A stretch of DNA of 64,000 nucleotides from an uncultured Bacteroidales bacterium (GCA_937982115.1 CALJNE010000009.1:24582-88581); one strand, 5' to 3'. Shown: positions 1 through 9,604, numbered from the stretch's first letter. The notes: a model not told the origin generated them from the letters alone. Translations and numbers: made by a program.

Positions 1-3000
1 ACGGAAAAAAAGTTTTAAGTTTGGATATTGTTGATAATTAATGCTATCTGCAAGTCCATCAATAATTCCGGAAAAATCTGTAAGTTCGGGGAAAATTTGC
101 TCGTATTGATTTTGAGAATTTAATCCCAGAATTTTTATTCTTATTTCATCAGTAACAGGGTCTTCATTTTCTGTAGTTTCCCACACAAAACTTTGCCATT
201 CTTGAGATGGACCTACATCAACCGAGGTGATAAATCCGTTGTCGAAATTTGTAAAAAGATCTGTCTGAAAAATTATTGTATCTGTACTGCTATTTCCGTA
301 TAGTTCCTGAGCACTCGAGGGGATTCCTTTTTTCGCAAAGAAAATATAAGGATTGCCGTTTTGCAAATTTCTGATATTGACAGAACCAAGGCTCTCGAAA
401 GTTTGATAAAGACTTTCGGGCCACTGTCTGAAATAAGCATTACCCCACGAATAGGACAAAACATAATGACCATCCGGAATATCATTTAACATATTTTCGA
501 AATTTTCAAGACTTTCATAATTAACTGTATTACCTGACCCTGTACTAAAACTGAAGAAATACTGAGGACGAATTGAAGAAAAACATTGCGGATAATTCCT
601 ATGACCATAATCCTGAATATTTGACGGCCAGGCCAACAATGTCTCCGGATCAATTACTGCCACAAGCATAGCAGCTGCAGTACCGCAATTCCCGAAATCT
701 CCCAATCCATTACCTATTGAACCGTCAATCTTCCACGAAACAAACTCATAACCATCAATCCAGTAAGAGCCGGTATTTTTGCAAACTAATCTTCGAGGAT
801 AATCAACATAACGAAATTCTCTCGCAACACGATCATAATCTATAAAGTGAAAAGAATTTTCTTTAAACTGGAAAAAATGCGCCTGCGACCACCCCTCTTC
901 CCCTTCGATATAAATAAACGAAGACTCCATCCATACAATAGAATCGGGATTTGAATGCTGTGCTGCTATCTGCCAATAATAAACAGTATTCTCATCTAAT
1001 TCAAAAGGTAACTGCCAGACCACAAGTCCTCCCGAGGATTGAACACTCGCCTGTCGTAACAACGGGCTATTAAAAAGATCTGTTGTATCAATTCTGAAAA
1101 GATAATTCTGTGGTTCAGAAAAAGGATTTCCTGTAGAAGCAATTAAAGAAATATTTTTTATAGGGACAATTGAATATTTATATGGATAAACTGGGAAGAG
1201 ATCTCCGGTCTTTATTAAAAAGTTTATATTTGAAACATTATTATCTTCGTTTAGTTCGTCAACATCATTTCCGGAATCCAGATAAATTCTAATTGTATTT
1301 AAGCCAGGTGCTTTTAGTCTATCCACAGGAAGTTTTAAACTTACTGTTTTTTCAAAGTAACAATAATCAACCGGAATCGAATATTCAGAGATACTGCCAT
1401 CAGAAAAGATTCGTGTAAGCCCTGTGATAAAACTTTCATTTGTAGCTTTACCTATATTTTTAATTAATATTTTCACCTCAAAACTATCGGCAACAGTACT
1501 TACCTGAATAGGATTCAGTGCAATCTGAGCCGGAGTAATAACAAAATCCGGTTTTTCGTGCGAATTTATTATTATTGCAGGATCCCCGTGTAAAGTAAAT
1601 TCGTGACAGGTAATCTCCATCAACAAATTTGACCAGTAAGAGTTCTGTAAATTTTTAATTGCGTTAATTATCTGAAATGAAACAGGACGATTGTAAAGTT
1701 TATAGGCAATATTTTTATATAGCTCGTTGCTGAAAATATTAAGATACGAAGAAAACCCATCTCCGACAGAAGCAAGAAAAGCTATAGAACCGCCATTTAC
1801 AGCTTTTACCCATCTTTCGCTGATACTGCCAGAACCTCGCTGATGTATGTCGCCGGAAAAACAAGAATTGGCAAGAATAAAAGGATATTTTCCTTTGTTA
1901 GAATAAGTTTCGGGAAAATCAATATCCTGATCAAAACCTGAAGCCGAGGCATGACCAAAAAATGTCATCATCGAGACACCGCCGTTAATCAAATTTCTAA
2001 CACTGTCAGTCTGAGTAATTTGAATAGGTTCGGATGATGTTTTCAGAAAAGTACTGACCCTTGCACCAAAAAGAGTGTCTTCGATTATATTTTTATAATT
2101 ATTCAAATACGAAGCAAAAGTGTTTTGTTCGTTTGCATTAGATCCGCCGCCGAAATGGACTACATATTTCATCCACTCTGCCGGTAAGTTTGATTCATAC
2201 TCAATAACTTTGTTAAGATATGACAATACTTCTTCATTATTACGAGCACTCAGACGTCCGGTTCCAAAAAGTGGTTCAAAATGTGTTAGTCCTAAACCGG
2301 CAGTAAGGAGATTATCACTTGAAGGATTTCCAGCACTTGGAACCAAACATTCGGCATACCTTGCAGAATCTTTGCGATATAATCGAGTATGAAGAGATTT
2401 GCCAAGTAAAAACAACATTCGCGGACGTTGATTAAAGCTGTAAAGATGTTCTATAAAACGTCTGATGGCAACAGGATGTTTACCAACTCCGTAAGCATAT
2501 TGATCGCAAAGATGATCTATGTCAACTAATGCTACATTCATTCCTTTTGATGCTCTGTAATTGGCATATTGTTGTGCCGAACTCCATAAACTTTTATTTG
2601 TAACAATAACGTAATCGCTCGTCTTAAATTGATCAAAATAATTCGTAAACTTATTGTCGTTACTAACTTTTGTGATTCGGTCAACACTTTTAATTCCTGC
2701 CTCATTTACTAAAACTAAAAATCTTAGAGATGAAGTATTTGAAACCAGAGCCTTTAAAAGTCCTTGATCCTTAACAATCGAAATTCGTTTGTGATTAGTA
2801 AGATCGTAAAGTATATATTCATTTCCTGAAGCAAAGTTTGAAATTTCCAGATAATCCTTTTCTGTTGTAAAATTGGCGGGCAAATAAAATTCAAAATGAT
2901 TTTTATTCTCAAAATCCCATGTATGAGGATAAATAATTTGAATATAAGAAACTGCATTTCTGTCGGGGATATTTGGCTGAGTGGCGTCATTAGCAGAGAA

Positions 3001-3837
3001 CTGAATACTTATATTGTTAGTTAATTGGTTTGAAGGAACAGATATGCTTTCTCTTACAAATTGATAGCCTGTGTATGTTCTATTAATTCTCTCCTGTCCT
3101 AAAAAATTTACTTTTAGATGATGTGGAACATTAGAAGTTACCTGATTAGCCGGAACTCCTACCACTGCAATTTCAAATACTGCCGGCACTAATGATGAAT
3201 GAAAATTCGGGACAGATATTGTTTTTGTAACAGGATTAGTCTCGGTAATTACCGAATTATCAAACCAACCTTCGCCTTCGGTAAAAGGATTTCTTGTTGA
3301 TCCCCAATAATATGTAGAAACATAATTAGTCCTTATTTTTCGCAGACAATACTCCTGAGCAAAAGACACATAAGTAGAAAAATTATTATCGTTTTCAACA
3401 GCAAATCTTCTGTTACCGGTAGAATAAGACCAAGTAAGAAAATAAACAGAAGTATCGTTGTAAAAACTGTAATCATTATTTACTCTTGAATCCGGCGAAT
3501 CGAAAAATTCGAGGTCGTCATCTCCCCTGTTTCTTATTCCATAAAACTCAATATATCCACTTGGATCAAATATTCCTGTAGAACTTTCCCCTTTTATATA
3601 GATGTATTGTTCTTCGCCTCTGTAAAACAGTTGTATCCCCCTCGGATCAATCTGATTTACCGGAACACCGGCATTAAGGAGTTCAGAATAAGAAATTCTA
3701 TATATCCCATCAGCGGAGATATGAATTTTAAAATATTGTTTATTATAATCAATCCAGGAATTTGCCTGAGTAAAAGCTGAAAAATAAAAAAGCAATGAAA
3801 GAATAAGGTTTATAATTATTTTATATTCTTTCTGCAT
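1..3837 (-). CDS. Peptidase C25 (gingipain-fold) family protein, PorU-like T9SS sortase candidate; 3' end beyond left window edge (>=1279 codons)
   Basis: Uninterrupted minus-strand frame from ATG 3837-3835 to position 1 (1279 codons, no stop). It is absent from the supplied track because it has no in-window stop. The N-terminus MQKEYKIIINLILSLLFYFSAFTQA looks like a signal peptide. A clan-CD His/Cys dyad sits in MMTFFGHASASGF (His codon 1953-1951) and FILANSCFSGD (Cys codon 1863-1861). The gene starts 33 nt downstream of a PorV-family gene. Confidence 0.7.
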   Translation of the reverse strand, partial: MQKEYKIIINLILSLLFYFSAFTQANSWIDYNKQYFKIHISADGIYRISYSELLNAGVPVNQIDPRGIQLFYRGEEQYIYIKGESSTGIFDPSGYIEFYGIRNRGDDDLEFFDSPDSRVNNDYSFYNDTSVYFLTWSYSTGNRRFAVENDNNFSTYVSFAQEYCLRKIRTNYVSTYYWGSTRNPFTEGEGWFDNSVITETNPVTKTISVPNFHSSLVPAVFEIAVVGVPANQVTSNVPHHLKVNFLGQERINRTYTGYQFVRESISVPSNQLTNNISIQFSANDATQPNIPDRNAVSYIQIIYPHTWDFENKNHFEFYLPANFTTEKDYLEISNFASGNEYILYDLTNHKRISIVKDQGLLKALVSNTSSLRFLVLVNEAGIKSVDRITKVSNDNKFTNYFDQFKTSDYVIVTNKSLWSSAQQYANYRASKGMNVALVDIDHLCDQYAYGVGKHPVAIRRFIEHLYSFNQRPRMLFLLGKSLHTRLYRKDSARYAECLVPSAGNPSSDNLLTAGLGLTHFEPLFGTGRLSARNNEEVLSYLNKVIEYESNLPAEWMKYVVHFGGGSNANEQNTFASYLNNYKNIIEDTLFGARVSTFLKTSSEPIQITQTDSVRNLINGGVSMMTFFGHASASGFDQDIDFPETYSNKGKYPFILANSCFSGDIHQRGSGSISERWVKAVNGGSIAFLASVGDGFSSYLNIFSNELYKNIAYKLYNRPVSFQIINAIKNLQNSYWSNLLMEITCHEFTLHGDPAIIINSHEKPDFVITPAQIALNPIQVSTVADSFEVKILIKNIGKATNESFITGLTRIFSDGSISEYSIPVDYCYFEKTVSLKLPVDRLKAPGLNTIRIYLDSGNDVDELNEDNNVSNINFLIKTGDLFPVYPYKYSIVPIKNISLIASTGNPFSEPQNYLFRIDTTDLFNSPLLRQASVQSSGGLVVWQLPFELDENTVYYWQIAAQHSNPDSIVWMESSFIYIEGEEGWSQAHFFQFKENSFHFIDYDRVAREFRYVDYPRRLVCKNTGSYWIDGYEFVSWKIDGSIGNGLGDFGNCGTAAAMLVAVIDPETLLAWPSNIQDYGHRNYPQCFSSIRPQYFFSFSTGSGNTVNYESLENFENMLNDIPDGHYVLSYSWGNAYFRQWPESLYQTFESLGSVNIRNLQNGNPYIFFAKKGIPSSAQELYGNSSTDTIIFQTDLFTNFDNGFITSVDVGPSQEWQSFVWETTENEDPVTDEIRIKILGLNSQNQYEQIFPELTDFSGIIDGLADSINYQQYPNLKLFFR

Positions 3838-3869
3838 ATTTTACTTTTACTTCAAAGATATAGAAATTC

Positions 3870-4970
3870 TTAATTCAATGGTTCAGATTGTTTGAAAAAG
3901 TTTTTTGTATCAAATCTGTATGATAAAGAGAATATGTGAGAATAAAGGGCTATACTCTTATTTCCGATATCAGTATAGGCATAATCAAGATTAAATCCGT
4001 AAAGTTTAATTCCAAGTCCAATATTTGGTTGCCAGCTGAAAGATGTGGTATTGTTGTATTCCGGGATTTGTTGAAAATTATTTACTCCACCCCTAACAAA
4101 TATCATATCATTATAAGAAAACTCTATTCCCAAAGAAGGATCTGCACTAATTAGGTTTGATTTCAAAATAGTATTTCTTTTTCCGTCGGTAGTAACAATC
4201 ATTCCAATTTCGGGATAAACCGAAAAGTTTTTATCAAGATTAACTTTGTAACCTGCACCTATTAATAATCTTGGTAGAGTAATTTCAAGACCGTTTTCAG
4301 GAATCTCATTTCCGGTTGCAATAAAAACATCTTCAAACATTTCGCGATTAAATGACCATGCATTAAAAGTTCCAAAAACATCACGAAGATTAACCCCCAA
4401 ATATAAATTTTTCATCTTATATGAAGCAGCTGCATCTATCCCAAATCCCCATGCATCTGCAAAACTTCCTACTACTCTCCTTATAACTTTAGCACTGCCG
4501 CCTATGCTTAATCCGTCAATCGGCATCAAACGACTGTATGAAAACAAAAAAGCATAATCAGCAACAGAAAAGGAACTGATTCTGTCATAACGTATATTGC
4601 CGTCACTATCAATAAGGTCAAGAGTATTCGGAATATCATCTACGCCGAAACGTATCATCGAAAAACCTGCAACTGATTTATCGTCAAGTCTGTAAGAGGC
4701 ACCCAAAAAATCATATTTTGCAATTCCGGCAAAATACTCTGCATGCATACCTCCTATTTCCATCTGCTTATCAAGACTCGTTAGCAAAGCCGGATTCCAA
4801 TAAACACCACTAATATCTTTTGCAGACGCAATTACAGAGTTCCCCATTGCAAAAGATCTTCCTCCAACACCTATGGAAAGAAATTCATTACTGTATTTTG
4901 GAGCATTCTGAGAAAATCCCCAAACAGAACAAAATATTAAAAATATTATTATTTTTGACTTCAGTTTCAT
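3870..4970 (-). CDS. PorV/PorQ-family outer-membrane beta-barrel protein (T9SS-associated)
   Basis: 366-aa ORF with signal peptide MKLKSKIIIFLIFCSVWGFSQ. The N-terminal motif FLSIGVGGRSFAMGNSVIASAKDISGVYWNPALL resembles PorV/LptO-type barrels. It shows an alternating beta-strand pattern to the C-terminus (..FSLSYRFD). Confidence 0.6.
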   Translation of the reverse strand: MKLKSKIIIFLIFCSVWGFSQNAPKYSNEFLSIGVGGRSFAMGNSVIASAKDISGVYWNPALLTSLDKQMEIGGMHAEYFAGIAKYDFLGASYRLDDKSVAGFSMIRFGVDDIPNTLDLIDSDGNIRYDRISSFSVADYAFLFSYSRLMPIDGLSIGGSAKVIRRVVGSFADAWGFGIDAAASYKMKNLYLGVNLRDVFGTFNAWSFNREMFEDVFIATGNEIPENGLEITLPRLLIGAGYKVNLDKNFSVYPEIGMIVTTDGKRNTILKSNLISADPSLGIEFSYNDMIFVRGGVNNFQQIPEYNNTTSFSWQPNIGLGIKLYGFNLDYAYTDIGNKSIALYSHIFSLSYRFDTKNFFKQSEPLN

Positions 4971-5039
4971 AAAACAACTTTATTCTTACAAAATAACAAC
5001 ATGTTTTTGTATTTATTGTAAAATTAATTAAAAAAATGT

Positions 5040-5762
5040 ATGAACCTAAAATACTTTATTCCATCACTTTTAACCTCAACCAATATATTTTTGGGTTCTG
5101 CTGCGGTTTTTTGTGCAGTTGAAGGACAAACAGACCTTGCTGTTTATCTTGTTTTGTTTGCAGCACTATTTGATTTTGCAGATGGTTTTTTTGCTAGAAT
5201 ATTAAATGCCGTCAGTGATTTCGGGAAGCAACTTGATTCACTATCAGACCTGATAAGTTTCGGTTTTGCTCCGGCAAGTATCTTATATTATCATATTTCC
5301 ACAAACCTAAATTCAAATCTTTTAGCCTTTACTCCAATACTTATTGTAATATTTTCAGCTCTAAGACTTGCAAAATTCAATATTGATCCCGAACAGAAAA
5401 GCAGTTTCAAAGGACTACCAACACCTGCTAATGCAATATTTTTAATAACATTATTCCATTCAGATTCAACAAAAATTTCATTTATCGAAACATTATTGAA
5501 AAACGATATTTTCATAGTAATATTAATAATTGTTTTATCGACATTACTTGTTTTGCCATTAGAATTTTTCTCATTAAAAATTAAAAAATTGGTTATCAGA
5601 GAAAATATATTTCAAATCATATTGATTTTAAGCGGGATAGCACTTTTTTTATTTTTTGGAATAGCAGGAATTTCATTTTCAATAATTTTATATATTGCAC
5701 TTTCAATTTTTAAAAGTATTTTTGGCAAAAAAAAGAGCAATGAAATATTTAGCACAGATTGA
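5040..5762 (+). CDS. pssA: CDP-diacylglycerol--serine O-phosphatidyltransferase (phosphatidylserine synthase)
   Basis: 240-aa polytopic ORF carrying the CDP-alcohol phosphatidyltransferase motif DG-FF-AR-x8-G-x3-D-x3-D (DFADGFFARILNAVSDFGKQLDSLSD). Ends in a TGA stop at the expected length. Confidence 0.75.
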   Translation: MNLKYFIPSLLTSTNIFLGSAAVFCAVEGQTDLAVYLVLFAALFDFADGFFARILNAVSDFGKQLDSLSDLISFGFAPASILYYHISTNLNSNLLAFTPILIVIFSALRLAKFNIDPEQKSSFKGLPTPANAIFLITLFHSDSTKISFIETLLKNDIFIVILIIVLSTLLVLPLEFFSLKIKKLVIRENIFQIILILSGIALFLFFGIAGISFSIILYIALSIFKSIFGKKKSNEIFSTD

Positions 5763-5991
5763 TATCATGCCTCAAAAGGCCTTATTAGATCCACAGGGTA
5801 AAGCAGTGTTAAACTCTTCGCAAAAAATCGGATTTGATTTTGTTGAAAATGTAAGAGTAGGCAAACACATTGAAGTTGAACTCGAAGCAGCATCAAAAGA
5901 AGATGCTCAGGCAAAAACAGATGAATTGTGCCGTAAAATTTTAATAAACCCGATCATAGAATATTACGAATTTCATATCACAGAAATTTAA
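5740..5991 (+). CDS. purS: Phosphoribosylformylglycinamidine synthase subunit PurS
   Basis: 83 aa from ATG 5740 (MKYLAQIDIMPQKALLDPQGKAVLNSSQKIGF...VRVGKHIEVELEA), a PurS-like pattern. The longer 5695 start in the track lies inside pssA, so I prefer the ATG. The gene overlaps the pssA 3' end by 23 nt. Confidence 0.7.
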   Translation: MKYLAQIDIMPQKALLDPQGKAVLNSSQKIGFDFVENVRVGKHIEVELEAASKEDAQAKTDELCRKILINPIIEYYEFHITEI

Positions 5992-6019
5992 AAAATTTTT
6001 GCTGCATTAATTTTTTTTA

Positions 6020-6027
6020 TATATTTG
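6020..6027 (+). promoter_or_regulatory. Bacteroidota sigma-A -7 box (TAnnTTTG) for tRNA-His
   Basis: tatatttg lies 12 nt upstream of the tRNA 5' end. Confidence 0.5.
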
Positions 6028-6038
6028 CAGCCCGAAAT

Positions 6039-6113
6039 GGTGATTGTAGCTCAGTTGGTTAGAGCGCCAGATTGTGGCTCTGGAGGTCGCGAGTTCGAGT
6101 CTCGTCTTTCACC
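6039..6113 (+). tRNA. tRNA-His (anticodon GTG at 6074-6076), with encoded G-1; no CCA encoded
   Basis: Hand-folded cloverleaf. G-1 (6039) lies opposite C73 (6113). D arm is gctc/agttggtta/gagc; anticodon arm is ccaga/ttGTGgc/tctgg; T arm is gcgag/ttcgagt/ctcgt. Acceptor pairs 5:68 and 6:67 are T:T mismatches. Confidence 0.8.
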
Positions 6114-6121
6114 CTTAAAAA

Positions 6122-6149
6122 CTGCTCATTCTTTGGGCAGTTTTTTTTT
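6122..6149 (+). terminator. Rho-independent terminator after tRNA-His
   Basis: Stem ctgctca/tgggcag (one G-U), loop ttctt, followed by a T9 run. Confidence 0.7.
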
Positions 6150-6302
6150 GAGGTCGCGAGCTCCGAAAAATAAAAATTTCAATTATTTACAATACCAACT
6201 CCTTTAACAATATTTCTGCCGCGATAATATCTCGGAGATTCTAATTACAGTAACATTACCTGAAATTAAGATTGCGGGAGAAAGATGTTAAGACCAACAT
6301 TT

Positions 6303-7283
6303 CTACACAATCCCTTCTCGTATCAAATCGTGAAGATGCACCATTCCCAAATAAGTATTATTTTTATCCACTACTACTACCTGAGTAATGTTATTTTCTC
6401 TGATAATCTTCAAGGCATTTATTGCGGGTTCTTCTTTTTGAATTGTCTTTGGATTGGGGGACATTATATCTCCGGCAGTTATTTCAGTAATTATGGAAAG
6501 CCTTGACTCTATAGTTCTTCTTAAATCACCATCAGTAATTATGCCTAACAATTTATTTTCTGTATCAACAACAGCAGTTGCACCTAAACGTTTAGAAGTA
6601 ATTTCCGAAATTATTCGTTTAATGTCATCTTCCGGAAAGACTTTTGGTTTTTCATTAAGTATATAAATATCTTCTACTCTCAAATAAAGTTTTTTACCAA
6701 TAGAGCCCCCAGGATGAAGTTTTGCAAAATCTTCAGGAGTAAAACCTTTGTATTTCAGAAGAGCTATGGTTAAGGCATCTCCAAGTACCAATTGAGCAGT
6801 TGTACTTGCTGTAGGGACAAGATTATCGGGACTGGCTTCTTTTTCAATTTCAGCATGCAGAATATAATCGGCTGATTTTGCCAAAAACGAATCTAAATCC
6901 GATACTATTGCAATAATTTTGTTTTTGTTAGCTTTAATTAATGGTATCAATACTTTTATTTCTGGAGTGTTACCACTTTTTGAAATACAAATAACAATAT
7001 CTTCTTGTTGTACTATGCCTAAATCACCGTGGATAGCATCAGCGGCGTGCATAAATATTGCCGGTGTTCCTGTGGAATTTAAACTTGCAACAATTTTAAT
7101 CCCGATGTTGGCACTTTTGCCTATTCCTGTAACAATAACTCTCCCTTTACCACAAGCAATTAATTCTACTATTTCGGCAAAACTATCATCTATTTTTTCT
7201 GAAAGTCGCAAAATGGTTTCACCTTCGATTTTGATAGTATTTTTTGCTGCTTGTAAAATGTTTTCTTTTAAATATCTTTGCAT
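6303..7283 (-). CDS. kdsD: Arabinose-5-phosphate isomerase, KpsF/GutQ family (SIS + tandem CBS)
   Basis: 326 aa. SIS motifs GRVIVTGIGKSANIG and ISKSGNTPE, followed by a C-terminal CBS pair. Confidence 0.8.
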   Translation of the reverse strand: MQRYLKENILQAAKNTIKIEGETILRLSEKIDDSFAEIVELIACGKGRVIVTGIGKSANIGIKIVASLNSTGTPAIFMHAADAIHGDLGIVQQEDIVICISKSGNTPEIKVLIPLIKANKNKIIAIVSDLDSFLAKSADYILHAEIEKEASPDNLVPTASTTAQLVLGDALTIALLKYKGFTPEDFAKLHPGGSIGKKLYLRVEDIYILNEKPKVFPEDDIKRIISEITSKRLGATAVVDTENKLLGIITDGDLRRTIESRLSIITEITAGDIMSPNPKTIQKEEPAINALKIIRENNITQVVVVDKNNTYLGMVHLHDLIREGIV

Positions 7284-7398
7284 CCCAAAATTTTTTGCTA
7301 AATTAGAAATATTTAAAAATTAATTAGTGTGAAATTTTTGAAATAATTTTTTGTGATTAAAAAATTTATTAAATTTGAATAAATATAAATTTCTGGAA

Positions 7399-9576
7399 AT
7401 GGGAAATAAAGAGCAGTTAATATATAAAGTTTTAAAAGAGTATTTTGGTTTTGACAATTTCAAAGGGTTACAAAAAGAGGTTATATTAAGTTTGCTTGAT
7501 GGTAAAGATGTTTTTGTTTTGATGCCAACCGGTGGAGGAAAATCTTTATGTTTTCAGTTACCTGCTCTTATTCTTGACGGAGTTGCTGTTGTTATTTCTC
7601 CACTTATTGCCTTGATGAAAAATCAGGTTGACTCTATGAGGGGTTTCAGCACAGAAGAAGGCGTAGCACATTTTCTTAACTCTTCATTAACGAAAACAGA
7701 AATTACCAGAGTAAAAGAAGATATTTTAAAAGGTAAGACCAAATTATTATATGTAGCTCCAGAATCTCTGACAAAAGAAGAAAACGTTGAGTTCTTACAA
7801 AAAATAAAAATTTCTTTCTACGCTATTGACGAAGCTCATTGTATATCGGAATGGGGACATGATTTCAGACCTGAGTACAGAAGAATCCGAGAAATTGTTA
7901 ATGTGGTTGGAAGAGCTCCAATAATGGCATTAACAGCAACAGCGACACCAAAAGTACAGCATGATATCCAGAAAAACTTGGATATGATGGATGCTGTTGT
8001 TCATAAATCTTCATTCCGCAGACCTAATCTATACTACGAGGTACGTCCAAAAGTAAAAGCAGCCAAAGAAATAATCAAATTCATCAAAAACAACCCGGGA
8101 AAATCCGGTATTGTGTATTGTTTAAGCCGCAAAAAAGTTGAGGAGCTTGCAGAAATGTTTGCTATCAATGGTATAAAAGCTCTCCCATACCATGCCGGCT
8201 TGGATTCCAATACTCGTAACCGCAATCAAGACATGTTTCTGAACGAAGAAATTGATGTAATTGTAGCTACAATAGCTTTCGGTATGGGGATTGATAAACC
8301 AGATGTGAGATTTGTAATTCACTATAATATTCCGAAAAGTCTCGAAGGCTACTATCAAGAAACAGGAAGAGCAGGTCGTGACGGTGGTGAAGGAAAATGT
8401 ATTACTTTTTACAGTTACGATGATATTCAAAAGCTCGAAAAGTTCATGCAAAACAAAAGCGTAAGCGAACAGGAAATAAGTAAACAATTACTTTCCGAAA
8501 CTGTTTCTTATGCCGAAAGCAGCACTTGTAGAGTTCGTCAGCTTTTGAATTATTTCGGAGAAGAAATGAAAGAAGATTGCGGCAATTGTGACAATTGTCT
8601 GAACCCAAAACCAAAATTCGATGCAAAAGAAGATGTTCTTACTGTTTTGGAAACAATTCTTTCCGTAAAAGAAAAATTCAAAGCCGAACATATTGTAAAT
8701 ATAATTATAGGTAAAAAAACTGCTGACATTGTTACATACAAACATCAGGATTTACCCATGTTCGGAGTAGGTGGAGATGATGCATTGCATTGGAAATCAG
8801 TTATTAGACAGATGCTTATTGCAAAATTAGTAGAAAAAGAAATTGTTAATTACGGATTATTAAAAATAACTCCTGCCGGACATGATTTTATGAAAAATTC
8901 CAAAACTATTATGTTCTCCAAAGATCATGATTACGAAGAAGGGGATTCTGATGAAGCAATGTTCAGCGGAGGAACAGCTCTTGATAATGAATTATTTTCC
9001 ATGCTTAAGGATTTACGTAAAGATGTATCAAAAAAACTCGGAGTTCCGCCATTTGTTATTTTTTCCGACCCATCTTTACAGGAAATGGCTACACAATATC
9101 CGATTACCATGGATGAACTCACAACCATTACAGGAGTTGGACAAGGTAAAGCACAAAAATACGGAAAAGAATTTCTCGAATTAATTAAAAAACACGTTGA
9201 AGAAAACGAAATTGAACGACCTCAGGATTTCGTGGTTAAATCAGCTGTAAATAAATCTTCAAATAAGGTATTTATCATTAAAAATATTGATAAAAAAATG
9301 CCTCTCGAAGAAATTTGCAATTCTTTGGGAATAGAGATGATTGACCTTATTGAAGAAATGGAAGCCATTGTAAATTCAGGAACACGAATAAACATTGACT
9401 ATCACATCAACTCTGTAATGGATGAAGATGTAGTTGATGATATTTACACCTATTTTAAAGAAGATGCAGAATCAGATTCTATTGAAGATGCCTTGAAAGA
9501 ACTCGAACCCGAAGGCTATTCAGAAGAAGAAATAAGACTGGTAAGAATAAAATTTATAAGTGAGGTAGGTAACTAA
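7399..9576 (+). CDS. recQ: ATP-dependent DNA helicase RecQ
   Basis: Walker A MPTGGGKS, DEAH box AIDEAHCISEWGHDFRPEY, RQC zinc cysteines (CRVRQLLNYFGE..CGNCDNC) and an HRDC-like C-terminus. I prefer ATG 7399 over the TTG at 7375. Confidence 0.9.
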   Translation: MGNKEQLIYKVLKEYFGFDNFKGLQKEVILSLLDGKDVFVLMPTGGGKSLCFQLPALILDGVAVVISPLIALMKNQVDSMRGFSTEEGVAHFLNSSLTKTEITRVKEDILKGKTKLLYVAPESLTKEENVEFLQKIKISFYAIDEAHCISEWGHDFRPEYRRIREIVNVVGRAPIMALTATATPKVQHDIQKNLDMMDAVVHKSSFRRPNLYYEVRPKVKAAKEIIKFIKNNPGKSGIVYCLSRKKVEELAEMFAINGIKALPYHAGLDSNTRNRNQDMFLNEEIDVIVATIAFGMGIDKPDVRFVIHYNIPKSLEGYYQETGRAGRDGGEGKCITFYSYDDIQKLEKFMQNKSVSEQEISKQLLSETVSYAESSTCRVRQLLNYFGEEMKEDCGNCDNCLNPKPKFDAKEDVLTVLETILSVKEKFKAEHIVNIIIGKKTADIVTYKHQDLPMFGVGGDDALHWKSVIRQMLIAKLVEKEIVNYGLLKITPAGHDFMKNSKTIMFSKDHDYEEGDSDEAMFSGGTALDNELFSMLKDLRKDVSKKLGVPPFVIFSDPSLQEMATQYPITMDELTTITGVGQGKAQKYGKEFLELIKKHVEENEIERPQDFVVKSAVNKSSNKVFIIKNIDKKMPLEEICNSLGIEMIDLIEEMEAIVNSGTRINIDYHINSVMDEDVVDDIYTYFKEDAESDSIEDALKELEPEGYSEEEIRLVRIKFISEVGN

Positions 9577-9604
9577 ATCATAACTCTCACTTATATTGCT
9601 AATT

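Noticed and set aside
2120-2392. Small ORFs at 273-485(-), 2120-2392(+) and 2754-2990(-) as the only genes in 1-3838
   Set aside because: All of them lie inside, or in alternative frames of, the 1279-codon C25 peptidase frame that the track could not report because it is edge-truncated.
6025-6207. 60-aa plus-strand ORF in the track
   Set aside because: It is superimposed on tRNA-His and its terminator, and its sequence is simply the tRNA read as protein.
6919-7323. Antisense or out-of-frame ORFs inside well-supported genes (for example 6919-7323, 8122-8487, 11481-11879, 11872-12162, 44350-44694, 50124-50426, 57869-58189)
   Set aside because: These are shadow ORFs, typical of AT-rich genomes. 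They have low-complexity or odd composition, no motifs, and complete overlap with genes that carry strong family signatures.
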